Assembly: GCA_949358305.1 (NCBI GenBank)
Contig: OX442314.1
Coordinates: forward strand, 3,038,001 to 3,102,000
Origin: Strigamia acuminata
Lineage: Eukaryota
Length of the DNA: 64,000 nucleotides
Direction of reading: 5' to 3'
Translations under genes and position numbers: made by a program
Part shown: positions 35,778 to 48,169 of the stretch, piece after piece
Position numbering within the stretch: position 1 is the stretch's first letter
Layout of the letters: each line of letters begins with the position of its first letter
The notes under the pieces: model-generated
Databases searched by the model: none
Told to the model about the DNA's origin: nothing
Seen by the model: the letters and a program-made list of their open reading frames with translations, nothing else

Positions 35778-37295
35778 CTATTCCTTCTTTTCGACGTCAG
35801 TCGAATCTTTCTCTTCCTTTTTCTCGACTTTGGCAGAAGTCAGGAAATCGGACTCTTCAGTCGCTTCAGTCGAAGCGGCAGAAAACACGGCTTCCTCCGG
35901 AGCTTCAATTTCTTCCGGACTCGGAGGCGGAAACGGCATGTCGTCGAGAAGCTCAGCCACGAAATCAACGACAGAAAGTAGCTCTTCGGCGTCCTCAAAC
36001 TGAGCGTCGTCCGAAGTCTCAGACTTAGACGCTGGAGGGGCGCTGGACACGTCGGTTACGGCCGCTGGAGGATCCTCCACGGGTTTAGACGACTTTTCGA
36101 CTGCCATCCGAAGCTTACGGGCTCGCCCTCGTGCCAAGATGTTGGTTCGCTGAACCTTGGCAATTTCCTTGGCTCGGTCGAGCGTGAGGCAGCCTCGACC
36201 ACGCGACATCGTTCTCGGTCGAACGAATTCTTCCTGCACCTCGCTTTCGACGCTTTCGGCGGCTTGGACAGTTTCAGTAGAAACTTCAGAGTCCTCGGAC
36301 GGCGGCGGCGACTGTCGAAGGAGTTCGACTCTTACCCCGGCGTTGGCTTCAGCACGGGTCCAGGTGAGGAAGCGCGGGTCGATGTAAACCGCCTCGCCAC
36401 GACTATTCAGGAAAAGTCGGCACTTTGGGCAGTGAGCCCAACATCGCTTCTCATTAGGTTTAATGCCCTTCACCACGTGGGGCTGAACCTCCTTGCGCCA
36501 CGGCTCCAAACGCGGTCGCGTTTTCCTTCCACGGCAGTTTGGACAACGCATCAAAGAAGAACCTGCGGATGCACCGCAGCACCACCCACAGCCGACGCAG
36601 AACGGGCAGATCGTCTCTGTGGCCTGGTCCGTTACGATGTTATCGTGCGGGATTCCTGCGGCCATGTCACGTTCGCACTGTTCCTTGCGCAGGCGGGCCT
36701 TCTCGTCCTTCTTTCTTGCCTTATTGGCCGCTCGGTACTCGCGGTTGCGAGAAACAGGCTCCGAAAAACGCAGAGCGCCCGGTGGCGGTTCATTCCAGCC
36801 GTACTCGGATGCCGAAGACTCAGCACCGGCAGGGAGACGCACAGCAGACGCTGATTGTCCCGCCACAGTCGGTGCAGCCGCATTCGACGTGTTGGCGACG
36901 GTGGGCGCCACGCTTGCAGTTGGCGGCCGAAATTCTGGTGAATGCGGGGCCAATGGGACGTTGATAACGTTCGCGGGCGGAAATGCCACCTGGGCCAGCG
37001 GGGCCAATTGCGCCGACTCATAAACGGTTGGCTGCGCAGATGTGGACGGGGCCTGCATCATCGAATTCAAATCGAGCGGAAGTCCGTCCGGATGGACACT
37101 GAGCCAATTTAGCGTTGCGAGTTGCAGCGGTGTCAGGGCATACATGGAGGCGGGTGCCGTCGGTATCGGTTGGGCCCTCAAATAGGCACGTTCGGCCGAA
37201 CGGCGTTGCTCGTCACTAGACGAGGTGGACGAGCTGGAACTTTCATGACGGTGACGTCGATGACTCCGTTTTGAACGGTGTTTACCACCTCCCAT
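35778..37295 (-). CDS. Accessory ORF at the env position; Cys-rich, no signal peptide or TM segment, unknown function (505 aa)
   Basis: Uninterrupted GC-rich ORF with ATG directly after a ...TCTGCAG acceptor; CPFCVGCGWCC, CPNC and CWAHCPKC clusters. Confidence 0.8.
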   Translation of the reverse strand: MGGGKHRSKRSHRRHRHESSSSSTSSSDEQRRSAERAYLRAQPIPTAPASMYALTPLQLATLNWLSVHPDGLPLDLNSMMQAPSTSAQPTVYESAQLAPLAQVAFPPANVINVPLAPHSPEFRPPTASVAPTVANTSNAAAPTVAGQSASAVRLPAGAESSASEYGWNEPPPGALRFSEPVSRNREYRAANKARKKDEKARLRKEQCERDMAAGIPHDNIVTDQATETICPFCVGCGWCCGASAGSSLMRCPNCRGRKTRPRLEPWRKEVQPHVVKGIKPNEKRCWAHCPKCRLFLNSRGEAVYIDPRFLTWTRAEANAGVRVELLRQSPPPSEDSEVSTETVQAAESVESEVQEEFVRPRTMSRGRGCLTLDRAKEIAKVQRTNILARGRARKLRMAVEKSSKPVEDPPAAVTDVSSAPPASKSETSDDAQFEDAEELLSVVDFVAELLDDMPFPPPSPEEIEAPEEAVFSAASTEATEESDFLTSAKVEKKEEKDSTDVEKKE

Positions 37296-38350
37296 CTGCA
37301 GACGCAAATAAATTATCTTATTAAAATAATTCCACTCTGAATAATCATTCCTTGAGTCCAAAGAATTAAAACGTATTGTTTGCAACGAAAATACACAACT
37401 CGAGTTATTTATAACCCCTAACACGTGACACTAATGAGTCACATTCCCCTTGTGTTTATGACACGAGAATGGACTCGCCTGACAGCGACTTTCATTGAAA
37501 ATCGCAACTTGTTGATTTTTCAAAAGAAAAAAATTCCTGTAGTTTCTATAAACTATTTAATTCCATCTTTGAATATCAAAATAAACTTCGTATTAATTAA
37601 TTAACACTTAGTCTAAAAAATATCTCACATAAAAAAGTCATCGTTAAATAATTCATGCAAGCCTCGACCGCGACTTGATTTAAATAATTAGTGCCTACGT
37701 ACTTAAATCTTAATAATTCATTATCAAAATTTAACACAAACTATTCGACTGAATAGTTAACTTCCAGAGTGATTTAATGCCGATTCACGCTTATAACTAC
37801 ACGTGAAATCCTAACCTTCATCGGGACGCCGATATTTTCAATTGTTGCGAACCATTTTCTAATTCTTTAGTCAAAGAATATTAACGAAAACTACTTACAA
37901 TTAGAAGCTAGTTTTCCTGGTTTGAAGTCGGCTAAATGAATTAGCGTCGAAATTCTCGAGTCGAAAAGTGAAGACGGGTCGAAGGGACGAAGTCACTAGT
38001 ATCCGTGTGTATTACGAAGTGTTTTGTGTGCAATGAACCCTGGGAATTTTATTCCCTATTAATTGTCGGGTTCGAGGTTTAATCACACCTCGTAAGTCTC
38101 GTATCTTCGTAAGAATGCGAGATTATCACTTTTCAAAGTAATTTCTCCGTATTTTAGTTAAAATACATATAAATACGACCAAAATTTAAAATATTCTATC
38201 GAATTTTTTAATTCATCGCAACAAATTCATATTTTTAATATAAATTTAAATAGATATCGTAATATCTTGTCCCCCGGTGTTGAGATTATGAATCACTACA
38301 CCTGTTAGACATGTAAATAATTACAGTCTTCAAGTTTTAGATAAAACTGA

Positions 38351-41300
38351 TTAATTCCAACAAAACTTTGAGGCTTTGCCGTGTTGTTGGTACGGTTTCT
38401 TAAATACTGCGGAAATATTTCGCACGAAATTTTCATCCGAATATTTAGGATTCGGCCTTCGCTCTCGTCGAGGTCGAAGGCTAGTTCGCGGAACTAACGG
38501 TTGGGGTTTGCGGGGTTTTCGAGGCGGTTTCTTTGGAACTTCGCCTCTTTTTAACGCCGCTTTCTTTTCTATAGCAGTTAAGCGTTGTCTATGTCTATGT
38601 TTAGACTTTGTGGGTGCAGATTTGTCAATTTGCACCGAAGTTGAGTCGGATAATTCCATTGGAATTTCTGAGGAAGTTTCAGGAATTAATTCCATTTCTT
38701 CAGCGTCCGGAAGTTGATTACTTTCGTCCATCCATTTAGGATTTTCTTGAGGCGAGTAAGAGGCGGACTTTTGTCCTACTTTCCAAGTCTCAATCGGGTA
38801 TGAGGGCGTATAGGGATACAACGCTTTAATATTCACTGATTTTTCAATCGAACCATCAGCTAATTTGCGTAATTTATACGCTCCGCCTGGAAGTACTTTA
38901 GTAATCTCCCACGGACCATCTCTCTTCTCTGCGAAACCAGCAGAAATATTTTTATCTGCGCACGAGAGAATGTGAGTTTGTTTCCAAACTAAATCTCCAA
39001 CTTCAAACTCCGTAATTACGAACTTTTGTTCGTGTATTTTTCTATGCCGCTCAAAATTCAATTGAATTCTGCGATGCATCTCTTGATGCGATCTGCGCAA
39101 TACATCCAATAGTACTCTGACATATTTCTCTGGATTGTTGTTGTCAAATGGATTAGCATGCTTGATAATCCTTGGGTCGAAGGGTAATGTTACGATTCTC
39201 CCCGTGTTAAGTAACATTGGGCTTGAGCCCGTTGCCGCTGAGACATTATTTCGCATCGCGAACGCGAATTCGTCTAAATAACGTGGCCATTGCGTGTGCA
39301 CATCTGTGTACAAAGCCAGCATGGTTTTGATGTCCCTATTGGCTCGCTCTGTCGGGTTCGCCTGGGCATGGTACGTGCTCGTATGAGACGGGCGAATGTT
39401 GTACATTTCGCAATACTCATTGTAAATATCGGAAACAAATTGTTTTCCGTTATCGCTCACAATCTTTTTGGGGTGTCCCCATCTGTTTGTAACAGATCTT
39501 AATTCTTGAACGCAGTTAGCGCTCGTGGCTTTGGTCAAAGCCTTAATTTCAACGAACTTGGTACAATTGTCAATAATGACAAAGATATATTGGTTTTGGG
39601 ACCTTCCCGCAGGTTTTGGACCCATCAAGTCCATGTTAATACATTCCCAAGGATTGGTCATGTTGTGAGGCGTGTAGGGAGCTGCATGCCTTTTCTGTTG
39701 AATAGGCTTGTACTGGGCACAGTGCGTGCAGCTTTTAACGTAGTTCCTGACACTTCTACTCATACCAGGCCAGAAATACATTAAACGCGTTTTCTCAAGC
39801 GTCTTACTCATCCCAGCGTGACCGCTTAGGGGGTGGCCATGACAAGCGAAGAGTACTCGCTTTACGAGTGCACTGGGTACAACGGCTTTAAAGCCATTTC
39901 CCGAATCGTTTAACTCCTCTTCGAACGAAGGGTTAAAATAGATGATCATTTGATCACCATCAACTTCTTTTTTGTCCAAACAATAGTTTTTGACTTTGTT
40001 TTTCCACTCTTTTATTTCAGATTGTGGTATCCCAACAACCTTGTCATTCAATAAATATTCTCGAATGCGTTTGCATTCATTATCTAACAACTGAGCATCT
40101 ATTGTTTCTCTCCTTGTAGGAGGGACTTCTTTAAGTACTTCTGTCAACGCACTGTACAAGGTTTCTTGTACTTCCTCCCCCTCCCTTTCTTCAGAACATT
40201 CTTTAGAATTTTCTGAAAAATAGGAACGCATACTGGCCAAAAATTCTCTTTTTTCTGGGGCACGATTTAATGAAACAGAAGGATTTCCGTCCCATTCAGG
40301 CCAGTATTGTTTAATTTCGACAGGTTCCACATGATCTCGAAGAGGAATGTCTTCCTCTGTTAGTGGGGCTCTAGAAAGTGCATCTGCAACTTGATTAGCA
40401 GCACCTTTTCAAAAAACAATTTTAAAATTTCCACATTGGATTCTTAAGGCCCATCGGCCAAATTTCCCAGATGGTTCAGGCGTTCGCATCAACCATTTCA
40501 GTGCTTCAGCATCTGATTCTAAAGTGAACGTACCATATTCGAGATATGGTTTAAATCGATCGATAGCCCACACGACTGCGAGACATTCGAGTTCCGGTGT
40601 TGTATAACGCTTCTCCGCTCCACGTAAAACTCTGCTTGCATAAGCTACAGGTCTGGGTACAGAAATGTTTTTCTGCTTCTTTTCGTCGAATATATCGACG
40701 TCTTGGCAAAGGACAGCTCCTAAGCCTTCATGAGAGGCGTCAGTCATGACGACAAATGGCAGAGTCATGTCCGGTTTGTGTAGACAATTGTCGCCACAAA
40801 GTAGCTCTTTAATTTTATTAAAAGCTTCTGTCTGCTCATCTCCCCATTCAAATGGAGTTTTCTCATTCATCATACGTGTGTATGGTGCGGCAATAGTCCC
40901 GTGATTTGGAACAAACTTCCTGAAGAAGTTAGTCATGCCGTGAAAGCGCTGAATGTCTTTAGCACACGTGGGGGTGGGAAATTTCATAATCGCCGATATT
41001 TTATCGGGATCACCGAAGAGACCTTCGGGTTTAATCCAGTGGCCCAAGAATTTTAATTCTGTACGCCCAAAACGAGATTTCGCTTTATTTATTGTCATGT
41101 TGGCTTGGTTAAGCCTTTCTAGAACATCTCGAACGTGTTTGAGATGATCATCCCAATTATCTGAATACACAATTACGTCATCCAAATAAACTAACGCGTA
41201 GTCTTGTAAAGCTGAGCCTAAAATGCCTTCCATCAGACGCTGGAAAGTACAAGGCGCATTGCAAAGGCCAAACGGCATTTGCACAAACTGATAAGGACCA

Positions 41301-42552
41301 TTTGGTGTGTAAAATGCCGTCTTTGGACGATCTTCTTTACACATCTCGACTTGGTAGTAACCTTTGACAAGGTCAATTGACGTAAAATACCTAGCAGGAC
41401 CAGTATTATGCAATAAAAGGTCAATGCTTGGCATTTGTATTACTTCGACTTCAGTGATGGCATTCAGCCACCGGTAGTCGATGCACATCCTATACGAGCC
41501 GTCAGGCTTCGCAACAATGACTGGATGACTTATAAATGGCCCTTTGGCCTTTTCAATAAGTCCATCCTGTTCAAGTTCTGCAGCAAGTTTGGTCATAATG
41601 GCTCTCTTGGCCGGGTTATACATTCTATACTGCATTTTGGGCAATGAATGCCCTTCTTTGAACTTGATTCGATGCTGAGTCACGTTAGTGCACCCAACTT
41701 GATCACGAAATACATTTGGTATCGCGTTGATCACTTCGCGAAGTGCCAGTCGTTGTTCTGGAGTGCAGTCGCTTTCCTCAACTAATTTCTCATCCCATGG
41801 TAACACGGGGGTGTCTGTTGGTTCGATTGAGTCAACTGCAGTCGTTAGACTTTCTAAATACTCGAAAGTAATTCGATTCAACGGGGCAAGGGCCAAATTG
41901 GCTTCTTCCGACTCATAAGGGGCGGACCAATTGGGTTTATCTGCACAAGAGAACTCTTGTAGATGTGGATGCGGACTAATTTTCTGTCTGCGCATGAAAT
42001 TGTGACCAAGTATCAAGCCACAAACTCGTTTTGCCAAAACGATGAAATTCATTGGTGTAAATTCATCAGCCCATTGCACGCACAAAGTTATTTGTCCGAC
42101 AGGCTTGTGTGCTACGCCTACAGCGTTAACCAACATGTTTCTGGGAGCTTCTTGTAAGAATTCTGGCAGAGCCTGAGTTTCAGACAAAAGCTGCTCCCCA
42201 ATGTAACATTGAGATGCTCCTGTATCCATGAGCGCGTTGTAGGTGAGCCCACCAATTGTGATCTTCATTCGAGGATCATCTTTATTATTACCCAAAGTAA
42301 TATTGTGCAAATTATTACCACCTATGACTCTGTTGAGTCGGCGAAGTCTACAGAATTTCTTCGTGTAGCACTTGTGAGGAAATAAAGTCAGATTTTTTAA
42401 TTGTTCTGTCATTTCTTGCAAGTTCTCATCTACTCCGCCACTATGACTAGTGGCTATTTCAAGACAAGTTGTGTCTACATCCATAAATAAAATCTCCGAT
42501 GTAGCATTAGCTACTTTTGGGGGATGGAATAAACCTTCGTCCCCCGGATCTA
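38351..42552 (-). CDS. Gypsy Pol (protease-RT-RNase H-integrase), -1 frame to gag, one in-frame TGA at 40411-40409
   Basis: MDTGA, YLDD, TDAS, KGAANQVADALSR, HAG..CTHC, MDLMGP, SDNGKQF, NPTER, GPW module. The two listed ORFs are in the same frame. Confidence 0.92.
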
Positions 42553-44856
42553 GTTTTTTGAACTAGTAGCACTGGAATCTGTCGATTCGGGCTTGATCAA
42601 AGTTTTGACCATTTCTGCCAACGAGTTGGTCAGCGAAGTTTGTAACTTATTTTCAAAAGTATTTAATTTCGCATCAAGTTTAGCATCTAGTGTTGCATCC
42701 AACACTTCTTGAGTTATCCACCTATTATTAGGTCGTTTAGAAGTCGGATCCACAGTCGGGGAATCCGGGGTACCACGTTTTTGTAACTCTTCAGAGTTGA
42801 AATTTGTACGTGGTTTTGGATTTGTACATTCCCGACGCATATGTCCGGGCTGTTTGCAGTTGTAACAGACTAATTGACCACGTCTGGTCTGATCTACTAC
42901 TCCATTTATTAGATAAACGGCTTCGCACTCCTCAGGTAACTCTTCATCACAAGTATTAAGTTGTTCTTGTGAATCCAAAGTTAAAGATTTAGCATTTGTC
43001 TTCGGCTGAGGACGAGTGTCAGTTTTCCGAGGTGGAAAAACAACTGGATTGGAATTATTTTCCTTTGCTCCATTAGCTGTACGACTGTACAAGCTTTTGC
43101 TTTTTGTAACTGCGCTATAAATCTCTGTTAGAGGTAAGTCAGCTAGGCCTTGCATATGCAAAAGCAAATCGTTAGCAGGAGTTACACTCCCGATAAACAG
43201 ACTTCCAGCCCCTTTCGCGTCGAGGTTGTCTTGTAAAATCCATAACTGGTAATATTTGTGCATAAAGTCGTAAAGACTTTCTGTTTCAAGTTGTCTCAAC
43301 TTGGTCAGTTGGTTCGTCCGCTCTTGTCGAGTGGCCACGAACCTCTCTTTGAACGCTTGTTCAAATATATCCCAAGATGTGAAATCTCCTCTCCTTTCAT
43401 GGAACCAACCATGCGCTTGCTCGGTTAGATAACCAGCAACGCCTTTAATAAGCATGTCATCGAGTGACATGTTTCGCAGGAAAGCGACATTTTTTACGAT
43501 AGTGAGAAAGCGTTCGCTTTCATCTGCCTTTCCAGAGAATACAGGAATATCTGGGGGCTTCAAACTGTTAGTTTGAGGGACAATGGCGGAACTTTTTCCT
43601 GCCTGCATTAATTTGTGCATGGTTGTGGCAATTGACGCGAGGTCATCAGCCGTCATTCCAAAGCTGCTTGGAGGACGTGAATGGTCATTCGACGATCCAC
43701 CAGTGTTTGATTGATTCGAGTTATTTTGGCTTGAGCCACCATTGTTGGGGTTGAAATTATTCGACCCTCCTTGATTTGGTCTACTGTGGTTACCAAAGTT
43801 CGAATGGTTATTCGAATTACCTTGGTTCCCATAATTCGAATGATTATTAGAATTACCCCGATTATTAAAATTCGGACGGTTGTTCGAGCTTCCTGGGCCA
43901 CCAAAATTCGGACGATTGTTCGAATTACTTGGTGCACCGTGATTCAAATAAATATTGGAATTTCCTTGCGTTTCAGGATTGGAAGGATTATTTAAATCAT
44001 TCATATCAATTGGGTTATTCGAGTTCGGAGGAACTAGGTGACCCCTTTGCATGTTAGGTGCAGGGCTAGAATTGTTTGCAAATCTAGAATTTGGGTCAAA
44101 ACGATTGTTTGGACCTCTTGTTGCATTTAAATTTGAATTCAAATTTCCAGCGAGATTCGGACAACTATTTGATCCGTTTGGAAAACTTGGATTAGGGTTG
44201 GCCATATTAGGCGGACCCAAATTCGCTCTGTTGAACGTATTCTCAAAGTTCTCTGGATTTGTAAATCCTCTTTGTTGGTTGCGAGCGAAGTTATTCGCTC
44301 GTAATCGTTGTTGGAAAGCACGATTAAAATCTCCTGGTGTCAAATTCGACTGATCTTGACGAGGAGGTTGTACATTTTTATTTCTATATCTAGAAATAGG
44401 CGTCGAAGGAGTGGGACTAAAATTATTTAATCTTTGGCTGGCTGGGGAATTAGGTTGCTCCGACGTAGCACGACGCGCGTGCACAAAATCTAATACTTCG
44501 GTCAAAGATCTAAATTGGTTTGGGTTCAAACCGTGATCCTGACAAAATAATAGACCGCCTCGGCCTAAATGAGAACCTTCAGGAATGCATTCCTCTTCTC
44601 CAGGCGGAGTAGGTTCACGTGGAATCCTATTTTCACCAGATGGTCCGGCTGTTTCATTTGAAACGCCATTGTGGACCGCGTGGTTGCCCACTTCTTCCAT
44701 TCCATTAGTAACAGGTACAAACCCGGATAGATTTATTCCACCGGTCAAACAAGTTCTTTCCTTACCGCGGGTGTTCATGTGATGCTGATTACTAGTCATA
44801 ACTAAACTTAAACTAAGAAAATTTCCTAAGTCTGAGAGATAACGATGAAGTTGCAA
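42550..44856 (-). CDS. Gypsy Gag with a long Asn/Gly/Pro-rich N-terminal region
   Basis: Capsid-like IPVFSG..YLTEQAHGWF..SWDIFEQAFKERF..LRQ..ESL, knuckle CYNCKQPGHMRREC. First ATG is at MTSNQ (~44799). Confidence 0.88.
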   Translation of the reverse strand: MQLHRYLSDLGNFLSLSLVMTSNQHHMNTRGKERTCLTGGINLSGFVPVTNGMEEVGNHAVHNGVSNETAGPSGENRIPREPTPPGEEECIPEGSHLGRGGLLFCQDHGLNPNQFRSLTEVLDFVHARRATSEQPNSPASQRLNNFSPTPSTPISRYRNKNVQPPRQDQSNLTPGDFNRAFQQRLRANNFARNQQRGFTNPENFENTFNRANLGPPNMANPNPSFPNGSNSCPNLAGNLNSNLNATRGPNNRFDPNSRFANNSSPAPNMQRGHLVPPNSNNPIDMNDLNNPSNPETQGNSNIYLNHGAPSNSNNRPNFGGPGSSNNRPNFNNRGNSNNHSNYGNQGNSNNHSNFGNHSRPNQGGSNNFNPNNGGSSQNNSNQSNTGGSSNDHSRPPSSFGMTADDLASIATTMHKLMQAGKSSAIVPQTNSLKPPDIPVFSGKADESERFLTIVKNVAFLRNMSLDDMLIKGVAGYLTEQAHGWFHERRGDFTSWDIFEQAFKERFVATRQERTNQLTKLRQLETESLYDFMHKYYQLWILQDNLDAKGAGSLFIGSVTPANDLLLHMQGLADLPLTEIYSAVTKSKSLYSRTANGAKENNSNPVVFPPRKTDTRPQPKTNAKSLTLDSQEQLNTCDEELPEECEAVYLINGVVDQTRRGQLVCYNCKQPGHMRRECTNPKPRTNFNSEELQKRGTPDSPTVDPTSKRPNNRWITQEVLDATLDAKLDAKLNTFENKLQTSLTNSLAEMVKTLIKPESTDSSATSSKN

Positions 44857-47831
44857 ACGTTCAGGAGGGTCGCAAACGAAGCAGTGGTCACACTATTCGA
44901 AAGGAAGTATGGGTACTTCAAGACACCTCTATGATTGGTCTAGTGTCAACGTTAATCTCGCGAGAGTCCAATCTCTTCCGAGATTGGTGGAAATCACTAA
45001 GTTCGTGGAACCTTAATCTTGTTAGATTTCAGTGTTATGACGTAGTCACAAACAATATGGATATTTTTCAAAGTACTCTAAAATATTATCAAATTTATTT
45101 AATAAAAATGACTGTTCCATGAGAATTTTAAAGTATTAAAACCCGCAATTTTGATAAAGCACGTCGAATCGTTTGAATCGACGCTTCTCTGTACAACTTG
45201 GTTGCTAGGCAACACGACAGTGAGAATTTCTTCGCCAAAATCTGAATGGTATTCCATTCGTAAAATTCGATTCCGACGCCTTGAAATCACGAATTTTAAC
45301 CAACATTTAAATGTAGATTACGTTTGTAAAATGAAGTAAACCATTTTGAAATAAAATATAAATTTCAATTCCTTCGACAAATGTCAATTTTCTTTTTTAT
45401 TTATTTAGACAAATAAATTTAGGTTTAACTTGAAGTCTCAAGCAAAATTACTTATTTAGAATATTCTAAAAAAAAAAAATAAGGCAACTGTTAAATTGAT
45501 AGGATTCTTTAAGAATTCCGTCAAAGTTGAACTTTTTCAAAATTAGGCCCAACCGCGTGGTTTTGTCACATTGTCGACGACAAAATGACGCTACCCGGGC
45601 GGGACCAACTTTAACAAGTTCGGGCAAGATTTTTCCGTTCTCGGGGTTAGGCCTTTAGGCCTGACCACGCGGTAGAAATTATTATTTTGTTAAAACAAAC
45701 AATTTCCACTGCGGAGAAAACAGAATAAAGTGAGTGACACTTATTATCTTTACAACACGCCTTAAGATGAAAAAATAAAATATATTAGACACTTATAAAT
45801 CTCAAGCGAAATTTATTTTTTACACACAAAAATCACCGTAAACGTTACACTACTCGAACTCACCATAGACATACAAAACTTCAAATTTTATTTAAAATTT
45901 GGCAGCCTATCTCGGTAGAACCTCCACTTGTGACGATTCTACTTTTGGGCTAATTTATTAGTCCTTTGAGATAGATAATTCGGTTTATACAAGACGTTGC
46001 TAAGTTTAGCAACAACCTAACCGAGATAAGCTACGGAAGTCTTTACAAACATGGCACGTGATCGAATAGAAATAACTTACAGTTTTAGTGTGACATAACA
46101 TATTTATTACTAAATATTAACAATAACAAAGATGGGTTCTTGACGCGTGTAAACGGGCGGCATCAACTGGTTGAGGATCCGGGCGAAGCCAGAGGGATAC
46201 GGCTGACTTGTGGCATCGTCACAAATATCACTACGGAGACGTATTTGGTCCGCAGCTCGAGTATCTAATGATGCGAAGAGTCTTTCGCATAAGTAGGAAT
46301 ATTCAGCAGAATATTCCATGTTCCAAATGAATAAAAGTAAAGTAATTAGTGGAATACAACAAATGAATTGTTGTATAAATATTAATTGGGCGGGGACCGT
46401 CACGACAATTGAGAGAACGTCGCGGGAGTTGTTGAGACTCCATCCGCCAGCATGCCTTACGACGACAAGATCTCGTGATCAGGCGCCGAGTATTTAATTG
46501 TGTGCTTTAACTCGCTATCGGTGGTACCAACCACCAGGTAAACATTTCTATGGACTTACCGGGTTTAAAAGATATTGCCAATACAGGATTACCAATGCCC
46601 GAGTAATTTGTTTAACACGACATATTTTATATATCGTTCACGGGTTACTAACCCGGAGGGTACGATGGGGCGGGGACCGTCACGATGGTCGAGAGAACCA
46701 TCGCGGGAGGATTTGACTCCTCCATCCGCCAGCATGCCTTACGATGGCGGGATCCACTGATCGAGCACCGGGTAAAATATTAATCGGCCACTGCCGTTGG
46801 ATTACCATTATCCAGGTAGTTATTTATCGCAACATCTTGAAGATATTACTCACGGGCTACCAACCCGGCGTGTCACCTGTACATTAGGCCTTTACCGACT
46901 TTTAACGAGCGGAAGGACCAATCGTAGAAAGACGGGAACCTGCGAGGGCTTTTACAACAGCCATCCTGCAGCGGACTGAGGCCAGTTAGCTGAGGGACCT
47001 ACTTTCATTTAGCAAGGTCGTACTGTATACGACCGTTATATTAAGCCACCGTACGAAATCCTACTGTCCCGTAGAACAGCTGGCTAACGTTACGGGGCCA
47101 TTTCATGCGAATGCATGTCTATTACCGGAGTTAGCCTTCCCGAAAAGGCCCTACAACAACAATAACAATAGTAATGAATACCGATTGTGGAGAGCTGAGG
47201 TGGCCTGATGTGTCGATAAGAAAGTGAAATCAAACGATAACAACAATTCAATTACAGACATTTACAGTTATCAAGCCAGGGGGGTGAGTGGGTGAAAAAC
47301 TGATGCTTATATAGTTCTGTAGAACTACTAGATTGGCGACAGCCAATCAGCGTACGAATCGGCGGATTCGTGGGTCACTAGTCCGGACCTAATATATGAC
47401 TACGTCCAGATGGGCCCGGTTGGGGGTGGGAAGGGTCCAATTGGCCCCCTTTGACAGGTAAGTAATGTGGATATTGATTCGATAGAATCAACTTTGTCAA
47501 GTAAATAATACTTACAAGGAGACCGCAAGAGTGTGTAATCCACAATTGTTAAAATTGTTTGTAAATAAAGCATTCACATCACCTAAACAATCTATTTTTC
47601 TCATATTAAAATGCACCTCTCTCTCACATTGTTACAAACAGTAACAACACACAGGATTCCTTACTGTGTGTTGAAACACCATTTTGAGTAAAAAGGTCAA
47701 GTGTAGCACTACATTTGGTGATTAGCCTGTTCAAACCTTACTCTGGAACCCAGGTAATTTGATATCACATGATATATGACATCACAACTTTGTTCACCAA
47801 CATGACTGCCTGCATGAAGCAACAATAGTGT

Positions 47832-47903
47832 GTTGTGGTGGCTCAGTGGTTAAGGTAATGAATCAGGAATCTTTCCACACAGGTTCAAATCCTGTTGTCG
47901 GTG
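47832..47903 (+). pseudogene. tRNA-derived (Ser-like) sequence with Pol III A and B boxes, left arm of the foldback
   Basis: A box TGGCTCAGTGG; T-arm ACAGG-TTCAAAT-CCTGT; acceptor and anticodon stems degenerate; followed by T-runs. Confidence 0.7.
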
Positions 47904-48097
47904 AAAATTTTTACTTTTATTTTTTCTTTGTTTTTAGCAGTAAAGTTAATGTTTGTTATTTTATATTTTTTTTAAAATTTTTTTTTATAATTTTAATTAT
48001 ATTAAATTGATTAATTAAAATTTTTTAAAAACAAATATAAAATAACAAACATTAACTTTACTGCTAAAAAAAATGAAAAAATAGAAGTAAAAATTTT

Positions 48098-48169
48098 CAC
48101 CGACAACAGGATTTGAACCTGTGTGGAAAGATTCCTGATTCATTACCTTAACCACTGAGCCACCACAAC
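48098..48169 (-). pseudogene. tRNA-derived sequence, right arm of the foldback
   Basis: Inverted copy of 47832-47903. Confidence 0.7.

Noticed and set aside
35778..37424. env gene
   Set aside because: No signal peptide, fusion-peptide/furin arrangement or transmembrane anchor.
47832..47903. Functional tRNA gene
   Set aside because: Acceptor, D and anticodon stems do not pair and the variable arm is partly missing; kept only as tRNA-derived.
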